This document shows positions 26,435 to 38,936 of a DNA stretch of 64,000 nt, in pieces. The translations under genes were made by a program, and so were the position numbers. The DNA lies in assembly GCA_964016885.1 (NCBI GenBank), contig OZ024742.1, forward strand, positions 197,718,001 through 197,782,000, written 5' to 3'. The notes below the pieces were generated by a model. The model made no database searches. It was not told the origin of the DNA and saw only the letters and a program-made list of their open reading frames with translations. Source of the DNA: Eledone cirrhosa. Its lineage: Eukaryota. Position 1 is the first letter of the stretch. Each line of letters opens with the position of its first letter.

Positions 26435-26894
26435 TGAGGCAGAAAAGTGTTTAGGCTTGTAAGATTATGTATGAAAAAGCAATGACATTTGTGTAGAAAA
26501 GGAATCTGAGGTGTTCAGTTCACAACTTCATCAGGAAATCTTTAATAAGATAGGTGAGAGGCGGGAAGAGAGGATATCTGATATTTATCTCTACAGAGAT
26601 CAGCAAACATACACATACATACATACATGCATACATACATACATACATACATACAAACAAACAATTATACATATAGACATACAAATATACATATAGACAT
26701 ACACTCATACGAACATAAACACACAAACACACATATATACACACAGCTGGATGAAAATATTTTCACAACAATGAAAATGGTATCACTTTCTAGTATTTAA
26801 TGTAGCTTAGCATAACCTTGAATTCCCATTACGATAAGTAATTTGAATGATGATAATAAATAATGATGATCACAAATAATAATGCCTTCTTTAT

Positions 26895-27118
26895 TTGTGG
26901 TTTCTGATTTAGATACAAGGCCAGCCATTTGCAGGGAAGGGGAAAGTTGATTAAATCAACCCCAGTGTGCGACTGGTACTTTTATTTTATCGAGCCCATA
27001 AGGATGAAAAGTAAAGCTAACCTTGGCAGGATTTGAAATCAGAACGTAAAGAGCTGTAACTATATACCACAAAGCATGTTGTTTCATGCTCTACTGATAC
27101 TGCCAATCCACTGCCCTT
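26895..27118 (-). mobile_element. SINE family A, full length
   Basis: Complete family A consensus on the minus strand. Confidence 0.85.
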
Positions 27119-27782
27119 GATAACAACAACAACAACAACAACAACAATAATAATAATAATAATGAGCACTGCTGACTGCAGGTCTTCCATAAAACACTTT
27201 GCCCAGGCTGGTGCCTCAGAGTGGAATTTTCTAGGTTCAAACTAATGGTTAGTTTTGACCGAATGGGGCCTTAATAATCTACTATTTCAATAGAACAAAC
27301 TTACAGTCTATGTATTTATGAGATTTTTAAACCAGCCACATAGCCACATACACACACACACAAGGCTTCCACACAGTTCATATTTCTTTGCTAGTTCTTT
27401 ATGTTTAGTTTGGAATGATAGCATTCGTAAATCCATGAATATATTAATATTTTGAGGCCTTCACAACCCCATCTTCAAAATTAGAGTGTTCATATTAGTG
27501 ATGTATTGGTCATCTGCTGAGCAGTGGTCACAAAGGATCATGGGTGTGTTATCTGATTCTGAAGATGGGGCTATCAAAGACTAGAAACGTTTATACACAT
27601 GTGGATATAGAAACTGTACTGTTCCAAACTAATAAGGAAATGTGAAAAATCCTTAATAAAAAATGATCAAATTCGAGCACAGTGGTGTTTTAGATACATA
27701 AATAGAAAGAGAGAGAGAGAGAGAGAGAGAGATAAGAAAATAATAATGATAATATTAATAGTAGAAGTGGGAGATGTCTTAC

Positions 27783-28092
27783 AGGTGGAGACAGTGGCAG
27801 TCTCATTTGGTTGACGTTTGTTAATACCAACGGACTCGGACTTGACTGTAGGTTCCGCCGGGCTGATACAGATTGCTGGGGTGGCGATACTTGAGTGGGA
27901 GACATACTCATGTTTGGAGACAGATTAATGTTGCTGCCGCCTGTCACCGATGAAGCGAAGTTCTGTTCCTCTTCATCGAGTGGGGTCGCTAATGGTGAGG
28001 GAAACTGGAGCACCGATAAGTCAGGCAAGGATCCAGCATGGTTGGAAATAGGGATGTGAACACCAGAGTCTTGTTCTTGGGATGGGTATATG
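27783..28092 (-). CDS. CRTC: CRTC coding exon IYPSQEQD...HAGSLPDLSVLQFPSPLATPLDEEEQ...LPLSPP
   Basis: ctcttatttcag|c ata tac cca ... tct cca cct|gtaaga, 310 nt. GSLPDL..FPSPL.TPLD.EE is the hallmark CRTC middle-domain motif (CRTC2 S275 region). With the previous exon it forms PNINIY, the PxIxIT-like calcineurin-docking motif (PGINIF in CRTC1). Confidence 0.95.
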
Positions 28093-28211
28093 CTGAAATA
28101 AGAGAGAAATAAATAGAAGAACAGTCAGTTCTGATCAACATCATTAAAACAACACTAGAGATATAGTAAACATAGAGAATAACCCCAGTCAAAAAGTAAA
28201 CACATTTAACA

Positions 28212-28727
28212 ATAGAAAAGTGAGAAAACTCAATGCAAGAATAGCTGTTAAAACAGCCAAATGCCATCAGGGACAGTCAGGTAAAAATACCTCAAAGGAC
28301 TGAAATCAGTGGATAGTGGTTGACAAAGGGAAAAGAAAATCTATGAGGTGGGTGACAGGCAATTTTATGTGGTACTCTCAGTTAAATTATGCGAAACTAC
28401 AGCCGGTATGAGAGCTGAAGACGTGTGTGTGTGTGTGTGATCTTGTTTCATTCATTGCCTTCCTTTATTTATTTATTCCTATCATTTCTGCATGCCAACA
28501 CACTTCCTATCACTACTGCATGCAAACACGCTTCTCCTTGTCTTCCTCTTCTCTCAGTCATTTCTTTATTTCATCTATCTGTCACCCACCTCAGAGATTT
28601 TCTTTTCTCTTTACTGTTCATTAGCCAATGATTTCTGTCCTTTGAGGTAGTTTTACTCTACACTGTCACTAACAGGATATTGCTGTTTTAACAGCTATTC
28701 TAACATTGAGTTTTCTCACTTTTCTAT
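28212..28727. repeat. Inverted repeat, arms about 28212-28358 and 28579-28727
   Basis: atagaaaagtgagaaaactcaatg...gaggtgggtgacag versus ctgtcacccacctc...cattgagttttctcacttttctat. Confidence 0.9.
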
Positions 28728-28924
28728 AAATTCTAACACACTCTTGCCCCATCTTGGTCTTCGAAACAACATTGTTTATATTTAACAATATTCTTAACCC
28801 AGTTAACAGCATTAGAGTAAACATTAAAGTTAAATGTTAACAACAGTAGACAAATATTAGATAATTAACAACACTAGTTAATTAGTAAAGGTAATTAACA
28901 CAAGACAAGTGTAAACACTCACAA

Positions 28925-29318
28925 AATTGTTAACCATCTTGCCAACAACAACCCTGAGTACCTTTTTGATTTCCATGTGTCTAACACACGTGGACATGCC
29001 CACAAAGTCAGAAAACAGCACAGTTCCCATGACTTTCAGAAACATTTTTTCACGCTCAGAGTTGCTGAAGCATGGAACAAACTACCTGCATCAGTTGTTA
29101 GCTGTCGAGACACTGCATCCTTTAAGGCCCCCATGCTTCCCGTGATCCACCAACACTACAGCTAATGTTCCCCCTCCATACACATACACACATGTATACC
29201 ATGACGCATACACTATTCACTTCCCTGACATTTGTGTATTATTCTATGTACTATACATACACCTTTGACGAGTTGTAGTGCACCTGAGCACTTTACACAA
29301 TAATTTCATTATTATTAT
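28925..29318 (+). mobile_element. CR1-type LINE 3' end
   Basis: NTRGHAHKV...FFTLRVAEAWNKLP followed by the same 3' UTR as 15870-16260. Confidence 0.85.
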
Positions 29319-30393
29319 AAAACCAGACAAAGAGTAAACATTTAATAATATTTGTACAGTTAACAGTATTAAAGTAAACACGGTTAAGAGCAGTAGACAA
29401 ATAAACAATTAACAACAGAAGACAAATAGTAAAGGAAGTTAACAACAGACAATAGTAAACAGTTAACAACACTAGACAGAGTAAATATATTTAATCTTTT
29501 TGATACAACTAACCTGTCCAAAACTACCCCCGGTCCTTAGTAAACAGAAACCACTTTTTTAAACCGTTTCTCTTTCAATTAAAAAGTTCCAACATAATTT
29601 GATATAAGAACCTTTTGCTAATTTACATATACCATCTTAATGAAATAAATAAATAATTTTAGGAAATCTCTCCAAATTTTCATTAATTAAATTAATTCAA
29701 ATACAGTTTATTTCATTAGAAAGGGTTAACAATATTAAAGCTAATACAGCAACATTGAAGTAAACATAATTAAAAACCTTAGAATAAACAGTTAACAACA
29801 TTAAAGTGAACATAGTTAACAACAGTAGACAGCTACTTTCAGGTCTCGAATGATCGTTGCCCCACTTATTAATTTTTCAGATTTTTCCAACCACCCTCGC
29901 CCCCAGCACTTATTAAATTTTGCTAAGCTATCTCCGGTGAAATTTTAAGTGGTAGTATTCCTGGGAAAATTTTCTTTAGACATTAAAAAACATTATACAT
30001 GACAAATAAATAGGATGGGTTGGGGTCACAGTATGTAAACTAAATAACTAATTCTGGTTTAAAAAAAAAATCAATGGAGACAACCTAGAAAAATTACTGA
30101 TTTTTAAACTCCCTTGCTTATTCCAACCCTCACCCCCCTATTATTAAACTAATAAAACTAGACAAATAGTAAAGATAGTTAACAATGCTAGACAACAGTA
30201 AACATAGTTAACAACATTAGACAAAGAGTGGACAGTTAACAACATTAGACAATGATGAATATAATTAACACTAGTCAAACAGTGAACAATTAAACTGATA
30301 CACACACACTGACACACACATTTGAATTAACCATATAACAATAAGGAAAGTGGAGCAATATACAAAAATATTTTCACAAACTGTAAGTTTACG

Positions 30394-31565
30394 ATGTTAA
30401 AGAAAGCAGCAGCTTTCTTGAATGATGGTGTTCAAGTTGAGCTCACAAAATCAAACCTCACCAACTGGATTATAACAAGGATTGAAAACTTCCTCCCGGA
30501 GACTTGCAAAATGTGTGATAAACAGTACTGCATTACATTTGGCCAAAAACCAGCTTTGGCATGCTTCATCTGTGGACAAGGAATACATGAAGCGTGCTAC
30601 TTAAAAAAATAAATAACCACACCATTCCAGATATTCTAGGCCTACACTGGCTATGCGGTTATTGTTCACCAAGGGCCACAATAACGAATGACCCTAGGAC
30701 CCTACCACAGACAGGCCGTTCTAAACAGACATTGATTGGCGAAACTGACATGGCAAATAAATCCTGCCACACACAGGCCATCCAAGTGCCTCTTGTAAAT
30801 GACAAGAATGAAGACAATAACATGCAAACACCTACGAAACAAGAAACAGGAGATCCTGCAGAAAAAGACCAAACTTCCCACGAAAAGAAACAGATTCAGA
30901 GCAAACGCTCAAATGAAGAAAGGCCAGTATGTATCCATTACAGGAGCAACAAGTGCAAACATGGTCTTTCAGGTAAAGGGTGCACGTACAGTCACCCCAA
31001 ACCATGCAAACCATATATCAACTTCGGTACTGATCGAAAAAAAGGATGCCAAAATGGCCGAGAATGTGAACTCCTTCACCCAAAGATGTGCCGCAATTCG
31101 CTGAGAAAAAAAGAATGTTTTGACAAGAATTGCAAATTTATGCACCGGAAGGGTACAATTCGCATAAAAACTACTGAACCCACACCACCAGGACCAAGCT
31201 CAGCAGGGTATGAAAACCATTTCCCAAAAATGCAGAAACCAAGACATGGCTCAACAGTGAATGAAAATCATGCTACTCAATTGCACACATCAGCTGTAAC
31301 AAACCCAAACTCGTAGAAATTCGATACAGTAATGAATGAAAGCAGTTTTTTAGGCATAATCTACCAACTACAACAACAGCTGTACTCCATACAGATGACT
31401 CAGCAAAACCAGGCAACATTGATACAAAGGCTGACACCTGGACTTACAGGGCACATACAACAAATACAGACAGCCCAGCAGACCGAATATCCAGTCAGCA
31501 CAGTCCCAGCAACTACAACAGTCTTGCCAACAATAGGGCAGATGTATCCGGTACAACAAGCATAA
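30394..31565 (+). pseudogene. LINE ORF1 (PHD-like finger, three CCCH zinc fingers, Gln-rich tail), disrupted
   Basis: CKMC..CFICGQGIHEAC / WLCGYC is split by a frameshift in the A-run at about 30603. CIHY..C..C.YSH, CKPY..C..C.LLH and CRNS..C..C.FMH follow. An in-frame TAG at 31314-31316 separates same-frame ORFs 30594..31316 and 31332..31565. Confidence 0.8.
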
Positions 31566-34548
31566 TAACAGCAAATATCCAGGGTCTTTATCCGAAAACA
31601 AAACAGTGTAAAGTCCCTTTCTTGGAAGAATTAGCAACAGAAAACAACTCCAAAATAATTGGAATTACTGAAAGTCATCTCAACGAAAACATCCTCAACA
31701 GCAAAATCTCAATCAATGGATTCAACATCTTCAGATGTGATAGACAAGGCAGATCCCATGGGGGCGTTATCATGTATATCCATGATACCTATGCATGCAT
31801 AGAATTTGTCAATGAATCAAATGCCTACTGCAACCTGCTGTGCATAAAAATCATCCAACTTAATACAGTTGTAACAATAATGTACAGACCGCCAAACAGC
31901 CAAACATTATCCTTCACTGAGCCACTGACAAAGCTCCAACAAATTCTGGGAAACATGGCGAGTCCAATGCCAGACATTATCCTCCTTGGTGACTTCAACT
32001 TCCCTAACATCATCTGGCCACATGGACACATACTAAAACTGGGGACAAAAGCTGAACAAATACAGGCAGCCAAACTGTTGGAAGTCACAGAGAAATTATA
32101 CCTCAAACAAATGATGACAGAAGCAACTAGAAATAATAATACGATTGACTTGGTTTTCACCAACGAGGACACGCTATTTGACCTTCACTCAACCCCAACA
32201 ATCCTTTCAGACCACAATATTATTGAAATGCATTTACACATTGGTAATGAGCCCAATGCCACAACTCTTAAACAAAAGGACATGCCAAAGCTATGCAGGT
32301 ATGATTATCACCAGGCAAATTGGGAAACTATTAACAACCAGTTACAAATCATTGACTGGGATCTCTACCTTACTGGGCCAGATAAACACAAGAAATTCTT
32401 AAACAAGATCGAAGAAATATGTGCAAAAAATATTCCTCTTAAGAAAACCAAATCCACAAAAAAACCTGTACCACGGGAGCGAAAGATCCTGATGCGCAAA
32501 AGGTCAAGACTAAGAAACAAAACATCTAAGCTGACATCAAAACATGAACTACAGAAAGTCCTTGACCAAATATACAGATTAGAAGACAATCTAAAACAAC
32601 ACTATGATGAAAAACGTAACAATGCAGAAAAGAGAGCCATAGAAAACATCAAGAAAAATCCAAAATGTTTCTACAGTTTTGCTAAGAAATACTCGAATAC
32701 CAAGTCAACAATAGGACCTCTCCAGAGACAAAATGGGGATGTAGTGAATAACCCTATTGAAATGGCAGAAATGTTGGGTCAACAGTATGAAAGTGTCTTC
32801 AGTGAGCCATCTAAAACCATGAAGATCCATGACCCAGGAGAATTCTTCAAGGATATTACCATACTAAACCTACCCTATCCGATATTGATTTCAACCCAGA
32901 AGACATAGAAAGAGCCATAGACAAGCTCTCCATGCACTCGGCTGCGGGGCCTGATGGTTTCAATGCCATGATACTTAAAAACTGCAAGGTACAATTGTTG
33001 AAACCCCTTTACATGATATGGAAGGAATCTATAGAGAATGACAAAATACCAAATACATATAAAGAAGCACACATAACTCCAATACATAAAGGGGACAGCA
33101 AATCAAAACCAAAGAACTACCGACCAATCTCACTGACATCACACATTATCAAGGTCTTCGAAAGAATAGTTCGTGGAAAACTGGTTGAGTTCCTGGAATC
33201 CAACAATCTGATGAATTGCAATCAGCATGGATTCAGGTTAGGTAGATCATGTCTTTTCCAACTACTGGCACACCATGACCAAATCCTAGAAAATCTAGAG
33301 AATGGATACAACACAGATGTTATTTACCTCGACTTTGCCAAGGCATTTGACAAGGTAGATCATGGCATCCTGGGACACAAACTTCGAAAGCTAGGAGTAG
33401 GAGGAAAAGTTGGTACATGGATACATGAGTTCCTTACAAATAGAACTCAAACAGTCACTGTGAATGGAACCCATTCAACACCATCACCTGTGACCAGCAG
33501 TGTTCCTCAGGGTACAGTACTCGGCCCGATCCTGTTTCTCATCCTCATCTCCGACATAGATGAAGATACAACCAGCAACGTCTCATCCTTTGCTGATGAC
33601 ACCAGGGTCATGAGACAAATCAAAGACGAGGTGGATACAGAGGCCTTACAAAAGGACCTAACCACCATATACAAATGGCAGGAAACAAACAACATGTTGT
33701 TCAATGATAAGAAGTTTGAACTAATTCGCTACGGAACAGATCAAGATCTGAAAAATACAACAAACTACAGAAACCCATCAGGACAACAAATAATGGAAAA
33801 ACAGCATGTGAAAGATTTAGGCATCCACATGGGAACCAGCCTAAAATTCAGAGAACACCTTGACTCAGTCTGTCTTACTGCAAGAAAGTACAGCGGGTGG
33901 ATCTTGCGCACCTTCAAATCAAGAGATACCTCAACAATGAAAACCCTCTGGAACAGTATGGTACTTCCGAGGATTGACTACTGTTCTCAGTTGTGGTCAC
34001 CAACAACAAAGGGCCAACTATCTAAGATGGAATCGCTCCAAAGAAATTTTACCTCATACTTCTCAGAAACGAGGGACCTGGACTATTGGCAAAGACTCAA
34101 AACCTTGAAGATGTACTCAATAGAAAGAAGATTTGAGCGATACCGAATTATATACATTTGGAAAATGATAGAGCAAAAGGTGCCAAACTTTGGTATCAAA
34201 ACCTACCACTCACTGCGCCACGGAAGACGCTGCCAGATACCACCAATCAACAAAAGGGCTGGCCAGGCAGCAAAAACCCTGCGAGAGTCAAGTCTGTTGG
34301 TTCGAGGGGCACAACTATTCAACTCCATTCCGGTACATGTCAGAAATCTATCAGGATGCAGTGTGGAATCATTCAAATTGCAGCTGGATAGATACTTAAG
34401 CACCATTAGAGATGAACCCCATCTCCCAGGATATACACAACGAGCACAAACTGACTCAAACTCGCTCCTACACATGTCAAAATTAAACAGAGAATCCAAC
34501 CTGGCAACCACACCAGACTCTGAGGGTGGAGTCTTCGACTTGGCCTGA
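31340..34548 (+). pseudogene. LINE ORF2 (APE endonuclease and reverse transcriptase), one frameshift near 32850-32880
   Basis: The frame is open from 31340. The endonuclease begins about 31559 (SIITANIQGL), and ORFs 31622..32908 and 32932..34548 join through one frameshift. Confidence 0.9.
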
Positions 34549-34833
34549 GCATGGACTCAAACTCAAATGAAATGAAATGAAAATTCCAGTTATTTGATCA
34601 ATGGAATTGCATACTTGTGAAATTAACAAGCAAGATACTAAGCATTCCAGTCGCTTGTATTTGTAATGTAGTGCTCAGGGAGATTCAGTATGACATAGTA
34701 TAACTCATTTTTACCAGATAAGTGAAGTGAACACAACACACTACCAGGAATCAAACTCACAACCCTACAATCATGAGCCAAACACTAACTATTTACACAC
34801 GCCTTCACATATTGATATTGAAAATATACTTAC

Positions 34834-34877
34834 TTGATGTTGGGTACTTCACAGGATTTCGGCCGGACCTGACCAAG
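34834..34877 (-). CDS. CRTC: CRTC 44-nt micro-exon LGQVRPKSCEVPNI(N)
   Basis: tttctattgtag|ctt ggt cag gtc cgg ccg aaa tcc tgt gaa gta ccc aac atc aa|gtaagt. RPKSCEVP is the conserved CRTC motif. It is too short to appear in the ORF track. Phase 0 in, phase 2 out. Confidence 0.92.
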
Positions 34878-35149
34878 CTACAATAGAAATTGATACAGAC
34901 ATTTAATTACTATTGAAAAAAAAAAAAAAAGAAGAATTTAAATTAAAAGAAAACCAATAGCTTGAAATAATGTTTTAAATATTAAATATTTGGTTAGTAC
35001 TTTACTTGGACACAGAATTTACGTGTATTAGTAGGACTAAAATGAGACCCTTTGAAGGTTTTTTTAGTGAGTCTAGCATTGCTAGCTCTTTTGACAACCC
35101 CTGCACTTGGTTGTCTTTTTCAGACATACTAGCCTTGTCTTTCTTCAGA

Positions 35150-35580
35150 CCCAGGATGACCCATGCAAGAGAATCTTCTTGAGGAGAAACTAAGGTGCCT
35201 TACATTAGTCCTGGCTAGGATTGTCAACATCATCTCTTAACTCTTGCCTTTCCAAGGAGACCTGTGCAAGTGAAGCCTGTTGATAAATATGGGAACCAAA
35301 CAAGGTACCTTAAATAAGTCTTGGCTAGGATTGTCATCATTATCTCATCGTAACCCTTGACTTTCCTCTGACCCAGTTGGAACCGTGCAAGAGAAGTCTC
35401 TTGATAAATCTAAGAACAACACAAGGTGATTTAATCCAGTTCTGGCTGAGATTGTCACCACCTCCTCTTCACCTTTGCTTTTCCACTAACAAAGGGAGAT
35501 CCAATGTGAGAGAAGCCAATTTAATAACTGTGAGAACCACACAAGGTGATGTAAATTAGTCTTGTCTAGGATTATTATCT
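35150..35580. repeat. Degenerate tandem repeat of about 110-120 bp (four units)
   Basis: aaggtg...agtc(c/t)tggctaggattgtca recurs near 35192, 35302, 35423 and 35544. Confidence 0.7.
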
Positions 35581-36033
35581 TCTCAACTTTACAAAGCTAT
35601 TATTATAATCAAATACTTTCTAGCCATGACTACTACAGTTTGCTTTCATGAATAGTGTATCTAAGATTACATTATTTAACCGTGTTAAAAAATGGTATGG
35701 AGTGATTTTAGTGAGATTCAGATACTATCTCTAGCAGGTCCCTTTGTAGGATCTGACAAGTTGGTATAGGTAGTGATATAGGATGTTCATTTATGGGTAG
35801 ATTATAGCTGAGGGGGGTGAATTGGCAGTTGTTAGAATGCAGGATTAAATGCCTTACAGAAAACCATGCAGGTGTGTCTGTGTGTGGTGGGTTTCCTTAC
35901 ATTTTCCATCTACTGTCTTCATGTAATGCATTGTTTGGCCTAAGACCATGTCAGAAGAAATTGTGAGAGAACAAATCAAAATAAGACGGCAACAAATCAT
36001 AAAACAAATAAAATAAAACCTCTCCACAATTAC

Positions 36034-36095
36034 CTTTTTAGGGTCCCAGTACTTCAAGTTATCTTGAACTGAATTTTCCTCAGCTACTTGAAGAA
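36034..36095 (-). CDS. CRTC: CRTC small coding exon (V)LQVAEENSVQDNLKYWDPKK
   Basis: Minus strand tttttttcag|tt ctt caa gta ... tgg gac cct aaa aag|gtaatt. The 62-nt exon bridges phase 1 to phase 0 exactly between its neighbours. WDPKK corresponds to the WDxKK that precedes RPKSCEVP in CRTC1. Confidence 0.85.
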
Positions 36096-36828
36096 CTGAA
36101 AAAAAATTATATCAAATTAAGTCAATAGGAGAAATCTTTAACCCTTTAATCATTACTATTTTTCTAATAGAAGATACTATTTAATTTTCAAATAATTTTG
36201 AAAATTATCAAAAGTTTTGAGGAATTCAGTAATATATTTAACTCTTTCATTATCAAGCTGATGTTTGGAACAAACATTCTTACACAAAATTATGGTGGAA
36301 GATTTTTAGATAAATATAAATACTTTAAAAGCAGTACTTTTGTATGATAGAACCAGGGCTGTTTCAAGGGAATTAGTATCAAAAAAGTCAAAGAAAGTCT
36401 GGGGAAATATTTGGTATAAAATATCTTTAGAATAAGAAACTTTTCCTCGTATTCTTCACCCACTTTATACCTAGGAGGGTCATGAGGGCAGAGTCCTCAA
36501 GCACACCTTCTAGTGGCTGCTAACACAAAGGAGCAACCATCTCCAACTGATCCAGTTGGATCCCCATAAAAAAAATATTTATTAACTCTTTTGATATGAA
36601 ACTGTCTGAAACCATCCATGATTCTACAATACAAAACCATCTGTCTACTATACATTAAAGATGTTTATATTGTGTAAAACATCTGTCATACTGCAAAGGA
36701 TGTGATAAGAATGTGTCTATATGTGTGAGTGAGAGAGGAGGGGGGAGTGATGGTGGTTGTAATCAATGCTGATAATATTTTTATCCACACTGTAACAAGT
36801 CATTATGGAAAGGGAGTTATATTATTTA

Positions 36829-36877
<49 letters not shown>

Positions 36878-37027
36878 GTAATAATAAATACAAAGACCAA
36901 AATCTAAAGACTCAATGATCCCAAGTAGGGTGAAAGCAGAAATGTATGGCTTAAACTTTTAATCTGTATTAATAATAAACATACACTCACACATGTATAT
37001 ACAACATGGCCTCAGCCAGTTGGCTGG

Positions 37028-37097
<70 letters not shown>

Positions 37098-37689
37098 TGT
37101 TTGTGAGTGTGTGTGCGTGTAAACTTATAAATAAAACATTTGAAATATCATATTGATCCTTAATACTTGGTGGTTGTTTCTATTTAAACCATGGATATTT
37201 CCATGGGTGTCAGCTAGTTTGCTTTAAAGTGTTAATATTTATGAAAAATCCTTCCATCATAATTTTATGTAAGAAACTTTAAGTTATGTTCCTAACACCA
37301 ACTTAATTATAAAGACATTACTAAATTCTTTATTATTTTTTTAAATAATTGAAAATCCTAGGCAGTGTTTTTCATTAGAAATATGTGAACAATAGTCTTT
37401 ATATTTATCTAAAAGCCTTCCATTATGATTGAAATAAATATCAATATATGATTTTTTGAGAAACGTTTTCATCAAAATAAGCTCTGGCCCCACGACCCTC
37501 TCGGGAATAAGTGAAAAGAAAACAAAAAGGTTGACAAATATATTTTTTTAAATTATCAAATTTTCATCAAAAATTATTTTCCTTAAAATATTAAATTAAG
37601 GACCTATGCAACCATCTCCAATTGATCTGGCTGGATCCCCAAGGGAGACCAGCCGAGCTCATGGATGTTATTCAATCATCTTGCATCTT

Positions 37690-38350
37690 ACTCAGGGTTT
37701 ACCCCTTTGTCGCCTACCAGTTGGTTTTGCCTGTAAAATCTGTCCAGCAATTCTTTCTAGAGACCTTCTAACCACATGTCCATAGTATTGAAACTGAGAT
37801 CTTGCAATTTGGAGAAGTAGCGGCTCTACCTGAAGCTACTCTCCAATCTTCAAGCTATGCACTCTATGAAGTAACGTTACTCCAGAGGCTCTTCAGAGGA
37901 ACCCCATTTCAGCCGATTGTATTCACGATCGTATTTTTTCAGTCATTACCCAAGATTCATGACCATAGATAAGGGTTGGTAAAAATATCCAATTGAAGAT
38001 AACGAGTTTGGTTTTTACACCTACCTCCCTTTTTCTAATAATCGAATGCTGAAGCTGGCGCATTACTGAACTAGCTCCTGCAATTCTTGCACTTAAATCA
38101 GCCTCCTGCATTCCATCACTAGTGAACATAGCCCTAGGGATTTTAATTTCTCCACCGGCTTCAGTGGAACTCCACTCATATGTAAAGTGCATTACGTAGG
38201 CTTCCTTAAGAAGACAAGTATCAAGTGCATGTTGGAGATCACCTTCTGTTGAGTTAAGTAACACCATGTCATCTGCAAATTCCAACCAACTGAACTCACA
38301 CCCGCCAGTCTTGATACCACTTCCAAACTAGCTGTGCATGTCAATCCTGT
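37690..38350 (-). mobile_element. Degenerate RTE LINE 3' fragment
   Basis: ORF 37923..38285: FADDMVLL...LPTLIYGHESWVMTEKIRS. Confidence 0.8.
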
Positions 38351-38936
38351 TCATCTACATTGTGATGAACAAGATTGACATGTCAGGATCAACATACCTG
38401 ATCCTGACTTCCTTATCCACCAGCGTTTCCCACTTTATCCTGTAGGTCATACTGGACCATGCAAATGAGCAACCCTGGACTAACAGCGGTAAACTACTAG
38501 GGGAGATGGAGCAATGGGTGACACTGTTAGCTCCCAAGTAAACTCTCTCAACTCATTGATGTAGCTGCAACTAGGCAAGTAAAAGCTGCCCCTAAAAAAG
38601 CCTAGTTTTCACGAGTCTGAGAAAAATACCAAATTGGTGATTGGTGTGGATAAGACCAACAAAACACTGCAATATGGTAAGAAAAAAATAAAAGCATTCA
38701 TACCACATTGTTGTTCGCATGAGATACCAAGGGAAACATTCAAGACTTGGGTATAAAAGTATATAAATATATTGCAGTCTTTATCTAACACTGCAAGAAC
38801 TGGCAATGGGCCTGCAACCTGTCCTGAGAGGTGTGGGTTGGACTCACGAAAGGTTGCATATCCCAAGTTCCCAAAAAGGGTCTGGAAGAAAGGAAACTTA
38901 ACAATTGGCTATATATATATATTAGGAAGAACCTAC

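Larger units (their letters stand above)
30322..34582 (+). mobile_element. Near-complete CR1-group (CR1/L2/Daphne/Crack-like) LINE, antisense in a CRTC intron
   Basis: ORF1 has a PHD-like finger and CCCH fingers. ORF2 has an APE endonuclease (ITESHL, YRPP, GDFNFP, IDLVF, SDH) and an RT (YRPISLTS, YLDFAKAFDKVDH, VPQGTVLGP, FADD). There is an (AAATG)n tail at 34565-34582. The 5' boundary is approximate. Confidence 0.93.
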
